Source: Spirochaetia bacterium (GTDB taxonomy: Bacteria > Spirochaetota > Spirochaetia > SZUA-6 > Bin103). Taken from it: a DNA stretch of 64,000 nucleotides. Positions 31,633-39,992 of this stretch are shown here, piece by piece (positions within the stretch are counted from its first letter, which is position 1; every line of letters begins with the position of its first letter). The DNA is taken from positions 1,024,001 through 1,088,000 of the forward strand of contig CBDAOI010000003.1 of NCBI GenBank assembly GCA_965198005.1, given 5' to 3'. The notes under the pieces were generated by a model. It did not search any database. It was not told the DNA's origin and saw only the letters and a program-made list of their open reading frames with translations. The translations under genes were made by a program, and so were the position numbers.

Positions 31633-31719
31633 GCGGGTAGTGATAGCACGCGCGGCGGCGGCCGTCCAGCGGTCGCCAGCGCGCCCAGCGCGTCCAGCGC
31701 GTCGCAGCGCGTCAAGGTG

Positions 31720-32579
31720 TCAGGGCGTCGGGGTAGTACGTCCAGTACGCGCGGCCTCGACCGCGTCCGTCACCTCGGCGCGCTTGGCGCTGCTCTCGGC
31801 TGCGTTGCGGCCGCAGATCTGGCCGCCGTCGATCACGATGTCCTGACCGGTCACGAAGCCGGCGTCGTCGCTCGCCAGGTAGAGCGCGCCCTTGGCGATG
31901 TCGTCGGGGAAGCCCGAGCGGGTCAGGGCGACGCGGCGTTCCAGGACCTCGGCCAGGGCCGCCAGACTGCGCTCGGTGGCCGCGGCATCAAGGCCGCCGC
32001 CCCAGAAGATCGGGGTTGCGATCGCGCCCGGCGAGATGCTGTTGACCCGGATGTTGCACGGGCCCAGCTCCACCGCCGCCACCGGGTGGCCGCCACCACC
32101 GCCGCCTTGGCCGCGCTGTAGAGGATGGACCCGTGGCCGACGCGGTGGGCGGCGACGCTGGCATTGTTGATGATCGAGCCGCCGCCCCCGCGTTTCATGT
32201 GCGGGACGGTGTGCTTGATCGCCAGCAGCACGCTGTTGAACAGCAGCCCCAGCGCCGACCGGATCTGCGCCTCCTCGATTTGGTCGATCGGGGGCACGCG
32301 CTCGCCGGCGCCGGCGTTGTTGAACAGGCAGTCGATGCGCCCGAAGCGCGCCACCGCCGCCTGCGCCAGCGCCTGCAGATCGGCCTCGCGCGCCACGTCG
32401 GTGCGGACGAAGATGGCGCGCTCGCCGAGCCGCTCGGCCAGCGCCTCCCCCTTGGCGCGCGAGCGGGCGGCCATCACCACCGCCGCCCCCTGTTGGATGA
32501 ACACTTCGGAGGTGCGCTCGCCGATGCCGCTGGTGGCGCCGGTGATGATCGCGACCTTGCCCTGCAACCTGCCGCCCAC
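31720..32579 (-). pseudogene. SDR oxidoreductase, 1-nt frameshift near 32085
   Basis: TGATSGIG, NNAG, YSAAK, then IRVNSISPG...VTGQDIVIDGG in another frame. Confidence 0.85.
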
Positions 32580-32775
32580 GGCGCGATTGTGCTGCGAACC
32601 TCGCCACGCGGCAAGCGGGAACGCGGGGGTGGCGGGCGCGGGGATCGGAGCCGCGCGGTATTTGACCGACTTGGCGCCATGCGCATCCGGACGCCCGGCA
32701 CGATGGGCCAGAAACCTCCGTCGCGGCCGCGGACGCGCGTTGACATGAGCTGACTCGTTAGGCATTCTGTATAAC

Positions 32776-33021
32776 ATGAAGTCGTTCAACGTGCGGCACA
32801 TCCAGCATCGGCTCGCCGACGTGCTTGCCGAAGTCGAGGGCGGCGAGGAGATCGAGATCGTGCGTCGCGGCCGTCCGGTGGCGCGGATCGTTCCGTTGCG
32901 GTTGGTCGCGCCGCCGTGCGACTGGAGCCACGCCGCGGGTCGCCTGCGGGAAGCCTACTCCGAGCCTGTCGGCGGCATTGCTGCAGCGGATCTCATTGCC
33001 GATGGGCGCGGCGAACGGTGA
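32776..33021 (+). CDS. Phd/YefM-family antitoxin, probably leaderless
   Basis: LADVLAEVEGGEEIEIVRRGRPVARIVP; TTGACA-17-CATTCT upstream. Confidence 0.85.
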   Translation: MKSFNVRHIQHRLADVLAEVEGGEEIEIVRRGRPVARIVPLRLVAPPCDWSHAAGRLREAYSEPVGGIAAADLIADGRGER

Positions 33022-33065
33022 GCCTCTATTACGATTCCGGCGTACTGACTGGAAAGTCACGCTAG
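33018..33065 (+). pseudogene. Stub of PIN toxin
   Basis: GTGA-coupled MSLYYDSGVL followed by a stop. Confidence 0.6.
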
Positions 33066-34747
33066 TCCGCGGGCGGGTTCCAGCGCGGCGGCGAGCTGCT
33101 GTCGGCGGGGTCGGTTACCACCTCCACCACCGCCGGCCGCCCGGCGGCCGCGGCCTGCTCCAGCGCGCCCCGGATCTCGGCGGGACGTTCCACCCGGACG
33201 GCGAACGCGCCCATGGCCGCGGCGACCGCGGCCAGGTCCACGTCGTTGAACTTCCACAGCGGGCTGGAATCGGTGCCGGGCACGCGGGCGAACGCCTTGT
33301 CGTCGCCGGCCTTGTCCTGAATCAGGCCGCGGTTGTTGTTGATCACGATGATCACCGGCACGTTCCAGCGCACCGCGGTCTCGATTTCGCCCAGGTGGTA
33401 CCAGAATCCGCCGTCGCCGGTGAAGCACACCACCTGCCGGTCCGGCAGCGCCAGCTGGGCGCCGACCGCGGCCGGCAGTGCCCAGCCCAGGGACCCGGCA
33501 CAGCGCAGGTAGGACTGCCGCGGATGGTTCAGGTCCACCATCGAAGCGGTCCAGATGCCGGCATGGCCGGTGTCCGATACCAGCACCGCGTCGCGGGCGA
33601 GAAACTCGGTGAGCTCCGTGCACAACCGCTCCGGGATGATCGGAACCGCCTCCGACCGGGCGCGCGGCGCCACCTCCGCGCGCCACTCCCGCACCAGGCC
33701 GCGCACCCGTGACAGCCAGTCGGCCCGGCCGCTCCCGCCCTCCACCGCTTCGATCAGGCGCCGGGTGGTGGCCTTCGCGTCGCCGTGCAGCGAGACCTGG
33801 ATCGAATAGTTGCGGCCCAGCTCCGACGGGTCGAGGTCGATCTGAATCACCGGCGTGTCGACGCTCGGTATCTTCCATTCATTGGTTACCTGGCTGCCGG
33901 TGTGGCTGCCGATGAACAGCACCAGGTCCGCCTCGTGCACCACGCGGTTGGCGCACCAGCGCGAGTAGGTGCCGACCACGCCCACCGCCAGCCGGTGCTG
34001 GTCCGGAATCGTGCCCTTGGCGTTGAGCGAGGTGGCGACCGGGATGGACAGCTTCTCGGCCAGCTCCAGCACCTCGTGCTGCGCCTGTGACGAGGTGACG
34101 CCGCCGCCGGCGACGATGACCGGACGCTCCGCTCCCGCCAGCGCCCGCGCCGCCTGCCGCACCGTGTTCGGATCCGCCTCCGGACGAAACGCGGGCCGCC
34201 GGGTGAAGGGCGACTCCACCAGCACCTCGAGGTCCGCTTCACCCTCCATGATTACGTTGCCGGAGATCCCCTGCAGGTCGAGGTGCACCGGTGCGGTGGC
34301 TCCGGTGGTGGCTTCGCGGAACGCCAGCCGCAGCAGGTGCGGAAACTGCTCGACCGTCTCGACCAGTCCGCTGAACTTGGTTACCGGCGCGAACAGCCCG
34401 GCGTGCTCGATCTCCTGGTACGCGTTCCGGAACTGCTCGGCCGGCGTCTTGCGCCCGGTCAGAGCGATGACCGGGGACAGGGCGAGATAGGCGTCCTGGA
34501 GCCCTGCCGCCAGATTGGCGGCACCGACCGATTGGGCCAGACACAGCGCGGGGCGGTTGCACGCCCGCGCGTACCCGTCGGCCATGTAGGCGGCCGCCTT
34601 CTCGCCGTGCGTCACGATGCTGGTGACGCCGCGCGCGCTCAGTTCCGCGAGCCCGAGCGACGCGATTGCGGGCGACACGAATACGTGCGCAACCCCGTAT
34701 GCGTGCAGCGTCTCCGCGAAGAATGCGGCCCCTGTGGTCCGTCCCAT
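33062..34747 (-). CDS. Thiamine pyrophosphate-binding enzyme (acetolactate synthase-like)
   Basis: HGEKAAAYMADGYAR, GSLGWALP, GDGG...NN. Confidence 0.92.
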   Translation of the reverse strand: MGRTTGAAFFAETLHAYGVAHVFVSPAIASLGLAELSARGVTSIVTHGEKAAAYMADGYARACNRPALCLAQSVGAANLAAGLQDAYLALSPVIALTGRKTPAEQFRNAYQEIEHAGLFAPVTKFSGLVETVEQFPHLLRLAFREATTGATAPVHLDLQGISGNVIMEGEADLEVLVESPFTRRPAFRPEADPNTVRQAARALAGAERPVIVAGGGVTSSQAQHEVLELAEKLSIPVATSLNAKGTIPDQHRLAVGVVGTYSRWCANRVVHEADLVLFIGSHTGSQVTNEWKIPSVDTPVIQIDLDPSELGRNYSIQVSLHGDAKATTRRLIEAVEGGSGRADWLSRVRGLVREWRAEVAPRARSEAVPIIPERLCTELTEFLARDAVLVSDTGHAGIWTASMVDLNHPRQSYLRCAGSLGWALPAAVGAQLALPDRQVVCFTGDGGFWYHLGEIETAVRWNVPVIIVINNNRGLIQDKAGDDKAFARVPGTDSSPLWKFNDVDLAAVAAAMGAFAVRVERPAEIRGALEQAAAAGRPAVVEVVTDPADSSSPPRWNPPAD

Positions 34748-34779
34748 GGCACCTCCCGTAGCGGCGCATAATACACCGG

Positions 34780-34807
34780 TTGACGTTTTCTCATGAGACC
34801 GTATTAT
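34780..34807 (+). promoter_or_regulatory. Sigma70-type promoter for the fli/flh operon
   Basis: TTGACG-16-TATTAT. Confidence 0.55.
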
Positions 34808-34918
34808 AGAACACTACGTTGCCCGCCCCACGCGGCGGGGACGGGGTCGCTGTTCGTGGGAGCCGCTTTCCCGCCCTGGAAGTTGGCCGAGGCGAACCGC
34901 GAAAACTGGGGGAAATGC

Positions 34919-35914
34919 GTGGACGTTATCAGTCAACGCCGCACGGCGCCGCCGCGGCGCACCGGCGACGCCGGCATCGGTCAGCCGGCTGTCAGGCCGC
35001 TCAGCCTGGGGCGGCCGGAGCACCTGTCGCCCGAACAGATCGCCGGACTGTCGGCGGTGCACGAGGGCTTCGCCCGGCGCGCCGGCGAGGCGCTGTCGGC
35101 GTACCTGCGCAGCCCGGTCCGACTCCACCTGAAGACCGTTCAGCAGCTCTCGTACGAGGAGTGCGCCCGGGCCCTGCCGGATCCCGGCGCCCTGGCCGTG
35201 GTGGAGTTGGAGCCGTTCGCCGGCACGGCGCTGCTGGCGGTCGATCAACCGTTCGCGTTTGCGGCGATAGACCGGCTGCTTGGCGGCCGGGGCGACTCTG
35301 CGGCGCCCGCGCGCGGCCTGAGCGACATCGAGCGCGCGGTAATGGAGAACATCGTGCACCGGCTGATGGCGCCTCTGGCCGCGGCGTGGCAGCCGGTACG
35401 GGCGCTCCGGCCGCGGTTGAGCCGCATCGAAACCGCCCCGGAACAGGCCCGGATCGCCGCGCCGCGGGAGGCCGTGGTGCGGCTGACGTTCGACCTCCGC
35501 CTGCGCGCGGCCGGGACCATGCATTTCCTGATTCCTCTTTCGGCCCTGGCCCCGGTCAGGAGCAGGCTCGGACCACGGTCGTGCGGGCACGCCGAGCGCC
35601 GGGAGGAGCGCGGCGCCGAAGCCGGCGGCCGCGGCGGCGGCCGCGCGCGCTCGCAACGGGCGACGCTCGGTGAGTTGCTGCGGGCGGCGCCGTTGCCGGT
35701 GACCGTGGAGCTCGGGGGCGCCTGCGTACCGTTGCGCGCCATCCTCGAGCTGACGGCGGGCGACGTGCTGCCGCTGGACCGGGTGCGGCCGGGCGACGAG
35801 CTGGCGGTTAAGGTAGGCGGCAGAACGAAGTTCATGGGGCGGCCGGGCGTGGTAGGCGGCCGGCTCGCCGTCCAGATCCGGGCACCGGCGCGGGTCGGGG
35901 GCGGGCCGGAATGA
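34919..35914 (+). CDS. fliM: Flagellar switch protein FliM (divergent)
   Basis: RPEHLSPEQI, HEGFAR, QLSYEE, IDRLLGGRG, IETAP, C-terminal SpoA domain. Confidence 0.9.
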   Translation: MDVISQRRTAPPRRTGDAGIGQPAVRPLSLGRPEHLSPEQIAGLSAVHEGFARRAGEALSAYLRSPVRLHLKTVQQLSYEECARALPDPGALAVVELEPFAGTALLAVDQPFAFAAIDRLLGGRGDSAAPARGLSDIERAVMENIVHRLMAPLAAAWQPVRALRPRLSRIETAPEQARIAAPREAVVRLTFDLRLRAAGTMHFLIPLSALAPVRSRLGPRSCGHAERREERGAEAGGRGGGRARSQRATLGELLRAAPLPVTVELGGACVPLRAILELTAGDVLPLDRVRPGDELAVKVGGRTKFMGRPGVVGGRLAVQIRAPARVGGGPE

Positions 35915-36273
35915 GTGCCGCCGACGTGCAGCCCATGCAGCTTGCCAGCCTGCAGCCGGAGGCCGAAACCGGCCACCACCGGACGCCGGCCGACATCGGG
36001 TTCCTGAAGGACGTGGACCTGCGGATCACGGTGGAGCTCGGCGGCACCACGCGGACGATCGGGGAGATTCTGGGCCTCGGCACCGGGTCGGTGATCGAGC
36101 TCGACAAGCTGGCGGGCGAGCCGGTCGAGATCCTGGTCAACCGCACGCCGATCGCCCGCGGCGAGGTGGTGGTGATCGACGACGCGTATGGCGTGCGGGT
36201 CACGGAGATCATGGCCGGCGTGCGGATGGGCGACGATGGAGCGGGCAACGGCTCCCGCGTCGAGGCGGGCTAG
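35911..36273 (+). CDS. fliN: Flagellar switch protein FliN
   Basis: TVELG...IELDKLAGEPVEILVN...GEVVVID..YGVRVTEI. Confidence 0.93.
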   Translation: MSAADVQPMQLASLQPEAETGHHRTPADIGFLKDVDLRITVELGGTTRTIGEILGLGTGSVIELDKLAGEPVEILVNRTPIARGEVVVIDDAYGVRVTEIMAGVRMGDDGAGNGSRVEAG

Positions 36274-36286
36274 CGGCCTGCGCACC

Positions 36287-37003
36287 GTGGGTCGCCGCAG
36301 GCCGGCACGCGCACCCGCGGCACTGGTACTGCTGCTCATCGGGAGCGCGGTGCTTGGGCTGATCGGTCCGCTCGCCGCCCAGGAGCCGCAGCCGTCCACG
36401 CCGGAGCCGGCGGCGGGCGCCGCCGATCCCGCGCGCGACCTGACCCCGCTGCCCGGAACCGGGGAGTCGGCCGCGCTGGCGGTTGCACGCGCTCCCGCCG
36501 GCGGCGCGGCCCCGTCCACCTGGGACTTCGTGCGCATGGTGCTGGTGCTGGCCGCGGTGCTGGCCGCCATCTATCTGGTTTTCCTGTTGGTCAAGCGCAG
36601 CACGTCGGGACGGGTGCGGGAGAACGACCTGATCACCCTGGTCGGCTCGCGCACGCTCGGCGGCGGGCGCCACCTGCACTTGGTGCGGGTGGGTACGTCC
36701 TACTACCTGGTGGGGGCGGCGGACGAGTCGGTCAACCTGATTGCCGAGATTACCGACGGTGAGAGCCTCGACACGCTGAAGCTCGAGCTGTCCACGGCAA
36801 CGGTCGCGGGGCGGCGCAGTTTTGCGGACGTGCTCGGCGAGGCGTTCGGCGGCATCGGCGCGGGCGGCAGCCGGGGCCACGGTCACGGCGTCCTGCTTTC
36901 CGGCGGCGAGGCCGCCGCCGGAAGCGTGCTCGGCCAGCGGCGCCGCGGGGTCCAGAACGTGCACCGTCGACCCGGGCGGGGAGGGGCCGATGCCGGCAGT
37001 TGA
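36287..37003 (+). CDS. fliO: Flagellar biosynthesis protein FliO (start uncertain)
   Basis: DFVRMVLVLAAV TM segment, LHLVRVG..YYLVG, synteny. Confidence 0.8.
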   Translation: MGRRRPARAPAALVLLLIGSAVLGLIGPLAAQEPQPSTPEPAAGAADPARDLTPLPGTGESAALAVARAPAGGAAPSTWDFVRMVLVLAAVLAAIYLVFLLVKRSTSGRVRENDLITLVGSRTLGGGRHLHLVRVGTSYYLVGAADESVNLIAEITDGESLDTLKLELSTATVAGRRSFADVLGEAFGGIGAGGSRGHGHGVLLSGGEAAAGSVLGQRRRGVQNVHRRPGRGGADAGS

Positions 37004-37793
37004 CCGCCGCTGGTGCGCCGGCGGCCTGCTCGCGCTGCTGGTGCTGGGCCAGCTCCTGGCACCGGCCCCGGCGGCCGCCCAGGAGCTGGTGGACGCGCTC
37101 GCCGACGGTGTGGGGTTTCCGTTCGTCGATCTGTCGGTGCGCGACGCCCAGTCGAACCGGGAAGTGCTGCTGTCGCTGCAGTTCCTGCTGCTGCTGGCGG
37201 TGGTGTCGCTGGCGCCTTCCCTGATCGTCCTGATGACCTCGTTCGTGCGGCTGGCGATCGTATTCGACTTGGTCAAGCGGGCCTTGTCGCTGCAGCACGT
37301 GCCGCCGCACCAGGTGCTGATGGGCATCGCCCTGTTTCTCACCCTGTTCATCATGTGGCCCACGCTCGACACGGTGAACCGCACCGCGCTGCAGCCGTTC
37401 GCGCGCGGCGAACTGAACACCGAACAGCTCCTGCAGCGGGCCGAGACGCCGGTGCGGGAGTTCATGTTTCGCCAGCTCGGGGACGACGCCGACAACATCC
37501 GTCTGTTCATGCGCATGCGCGACCTGCCGAAGCCGGCCACGCGCGCCGACGTGCCCACCTACATCCTGATCCCCGCCTTCATCCTGCACGAGCTGACGGT
37601 GGCCTTCAAGATCGGGATTCTGATCTTCGTGCCGTTCGTGATCATCGACCTGGTGGTGGCCACGGCACTGATTTCGATGGGCATCATCGTGCTCCCGCCG
37701 ATGCTGATCTCGCTGCCGTTCAAGCTGATCCTGTTCGTGCTGGTGGACGGCTGGGACCTGATCACGATGCAGGTGATCGCGAGCTTTCGCTGA
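36990..37793 (+). CDS. fliP: Export gate protein FliP
   Basis: SLAPS...MTSFVR, PPHQVL, LIPAFILHEL, PFVIIDLVV, LPFKLILFVLVDGW. Confidence 0.95.
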   Translation: MPAVDRRWCAGGLLALLVLGQLLAPAPAAAQELVDALADGVGFPFVDLSVRDAQSNREVLLSLQFLLLLAVVSLAPSLIVLMTSFVRLAIVFDLVKRALSLQHVPPHQVLMGIALFLTLFIMWPTLDTVNRTALQPFARGELNTEQLLQRAETPVREFMFRQLGDDADNIRLFMRMRDLPKPATRADVPTYILIPAFILHELTVAFKIGILIFVPFVIIDLVVATALISMGIIVLPPMLISLPFKLILFVLVDGWDLITMQVIASFR

Positions 37794-38074
37794 TGGACGG
37801 GGCCATGACAATGGGCGCGGCGGTGACTCTGGCGCGCGACGGCGTGCTGCAGTTGCTGATGATCGCGGGACCGATCCTCGGGGTGAGCGTGATCGTCGGC
37901 CTGGTGATCTCGATTCTCCAGGCGACCACCTCGATTCAGGAGCAGACGCTCACCTTCGTCCCCAAGATCCTCGCCCTGCTCGGCGTGGTATTCCTGCTCG
38001 CGCCCTGGCTCGGCGGTTCGATGGTGGAGTTTACTCGCCGCCTGTACGCGGCGATTCCGGGGATGGCGCTGTGA
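37793..38074 (+). CDS. fliQ: Export gate protein FliQ
   Basis: VGLVISILQATTSIQEQTLTFVPK. Confidence 0.95.
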   Translation: MDGAMTMGAAVTLARDGVLQLLMIAGPILGVSVIVGLVISILQATTSIQEQTLTFVPKILALLGVVFLLAPWLGGSMVEFTRRLYAAIPGMAL

Positions 38075-38916
38075 CCGCGGGCGGACTGCTGGACGGGCTG
38101 GTGACGCTCGACGACTGGTACGTGGGCCTGCTGGTATTTGCCCGGGTGCTCGCCATGATCCAGGTGGCGCCGCTGTTCTCGTCGTCCGCCGTCCCCCAGA
38201 TCGCCAAGTTCGGTCTGGCGCTGTTCCTTACGGTGATTCTGCTGCCGTGGGTGCTGGAGCGCGGCTATCCGGTGCCCGCGTCCGGCGTGCAGTATGCACT
38301 GCTGCTGCTCGGTGAGGCGCTGGTGGGCCTGCTGATCGGGTTTCTGATCTACCTGGCGGTCGCGGCGTTTCAGGTGGCGGGGCAGTTCCTTTCGCTGCAG
38401 CTCGGGTTCGACTCGGCCGAGGTGTTCGACCCGTTCAGCCGCAGCTCGCTGCCGTCGCTCGGCCAGTTGTTCCACCTGCTCGCGCTGCTGGTGTTCCTGA
38501 GCGTCGGCGGGGTGCACCGGTTCATGCTGACCGGCCTGCTCGGTTCGTTCCAGGCGCTGCGTGCCGGCGATCTGGCCGCGCCGGCGCTGCTGGGCACGCT
38601 GTCGCGCGGTCTGGGCACCCTGTTCGCGACCGCGTTCGCCATCGCGTTTCCGGTGTTCGGCGCGCTGGCGCTGGTGTCGGTCGCCCTGGCGCTGTTGGCC
38701 AAGGCGGCGCCGCAGATGAACCTGCTCATTCTGGGCGTGCCGATCGCGACGGCCGCCGGGCTGGTGATCCTGGTGCTGGCGCTGCCGGTGCTGCTGGAGG
38801 CGGTGGCGGCGGTCATCGACGGAGCGTTCGTGGAGTTGCGCCAACTGCTCGCGCGGCTGGCCGCCGAGCCCCGGCCGGCGCTGGATTCGGCCGCGGTCAG
38901 GGGAGGAGCGCTGTGA
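38071..38916 (+). CDS. fliR: Export gate protein FliR
   Basis: FARV...APLFS, AGQFLSLQLGF, KAAPQMNL. Confidence 0.92.
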   Translation: MTAGGLLDGLVTLDDWYVGLLVFARVLAMIQVAPLFSSSAVPQIAKFGLALFLTVILLPWVLERGYPVPASGVQYALLLLGEALVGLLIGFLIYLAVAAFQVAGQFLSLQLGFDSAEVFDPFSRSSLPSLGQLFHLLALLVFLSVGGVHRFMLTGLLGSFQALRAGDLAAPALLGTLSRGLGTLFATAFAIAFPVFGALALVSVALALLAKAAPQMNLLILGVPIATAAGLVILVLALPVLLEAVAAVIDGAFVELRQLLARLAAEPRPALDSAAVRGGAL

Positions 38917-39992
38917 GCGGCTGGTCCGGCGCGGAACACGAGGGGCGTACCGAGGCCCCCAGCGCCGCCCGACTGCGGGCTGCCCGCAGCGCGGGAGTGG
39001 TGCCGCGCACCACCGAGCTGCCGGCGGCGATGACGCTGGTGGGCGCGGTCGCGGCCCTGGCGGTGCTGGGACGTTCGGCGGTGGCCACGGTGAGGGAGAT
39101 GCTGCGCGTGTTCTTGATGCAGGCTGCCACGCCCGAGGTGGCGGCCACGCCGGCGAGCGCCGAGCTGGCATTCTCCTACCTGCTCCGTCTGGTGCTGCCC
39201 GTGGCCGGGATCGGCTTGGTGGCCGCGCTGGCCGGGAATCTGGTGCAGGTCCGGCCGCGGCTCGCGGTCAGACCGGTTGCGCCCGATTGGCACCGGATCG
39301 TTCCCCGGTTCCTCAGTTACTTCAGGCGTGCGCTGTTTTCCGCCGAGGCGGCCTACCGGCTGGCCGCCACCGCGCTCAAGGTGCTGGTCATCGCGGCGCT
39401 CGCGGGCGCGACCATTCACGCCGTGCTCGAGCGGCTGGCCGGTAGCGTGCGGATGCCGCTCGAAGCCGCCGGCGCACTGTTAGCGGCGGCGGCGCTGCGC
39501 ATGGCCGGCAGCGTGGCGCTGCTGCTGCTGGCCCTGGCGATTGCCGACTATCTGGTGCAGCGCCGGCGCCACCGCCGGGCACTGCGGATGACCCCGCGCG
39601 AGGTGCGCGAGGAGCGCCGCCGGCAGGAGCCCGATCCCCAGGTGCGCCGCCGGCTGCGCGCCCGCATGCGCGAGTTGCTGTCGCGCGACCTGGCGCGGCA
39701 GGTGGCGGGTGCGGCGGCGGTCATCACCGGCGGCGCGCGCTGGGCGGTGGCGGTGCGCTGGACCGGGCACGCCCTGGCGGCGCCGGTGGTGGTGGCCAAG
39801 GGGCTGGACGAGGCCGCCGGCAGGATCCGCGCGGCCGCCGCCGCCCACCCGGTGCCGCTGGTGGAGCGCCCGCAGTTGGCGCGGGTGCTGGCCGAGTACG
39901 TCGAGGTCGGCGACCCGGTCCCCGCCGCGTACTTCCGGCCGCTGGCGGAGGCACTGGCGCGGACCGCACCGGGGGAGGTGCCGGATGGCTGA
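38913..39992 (+). CDS. flhB: FlhB, lacking the NPTH autocleavage motif
   Basis: RTEAPS...L..AR..G, LRMT..EV.EE...EPDP, VITGGARWAVA, APVVVAKG, LAR.L. Confidence 0.9.
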   Translation: MSGWSGAEHEGRTEAPSAARLRAARSAGVVPRTTELPAAMTLVGAVAALAVLGRSAVATVREMLRVFLMQAATPEVAATPASAELAFSYLLRLVLPVAGIGLVAALAGNLVQVRPRLAVRPVAPDWHRIVPRFLSYFRRALFSAEAAYRLAATALKVLVIAALAGATIHAVLERLAGSVRMPLEAAGALLAAAALRMAGSVALLLLALAIADYLVQRRRHRRALRMTPREVREERRRQEPDPQVRRRLRARMRELLSRDLARQVAGAAAVITGGARWAVAVRWTGHALAAPVVVAKGLDEAAGRIRAAAAAHPVPLVERPQLARVLAEYVEVGDPVPAAYFRPLAEALARTAPGEVPDG

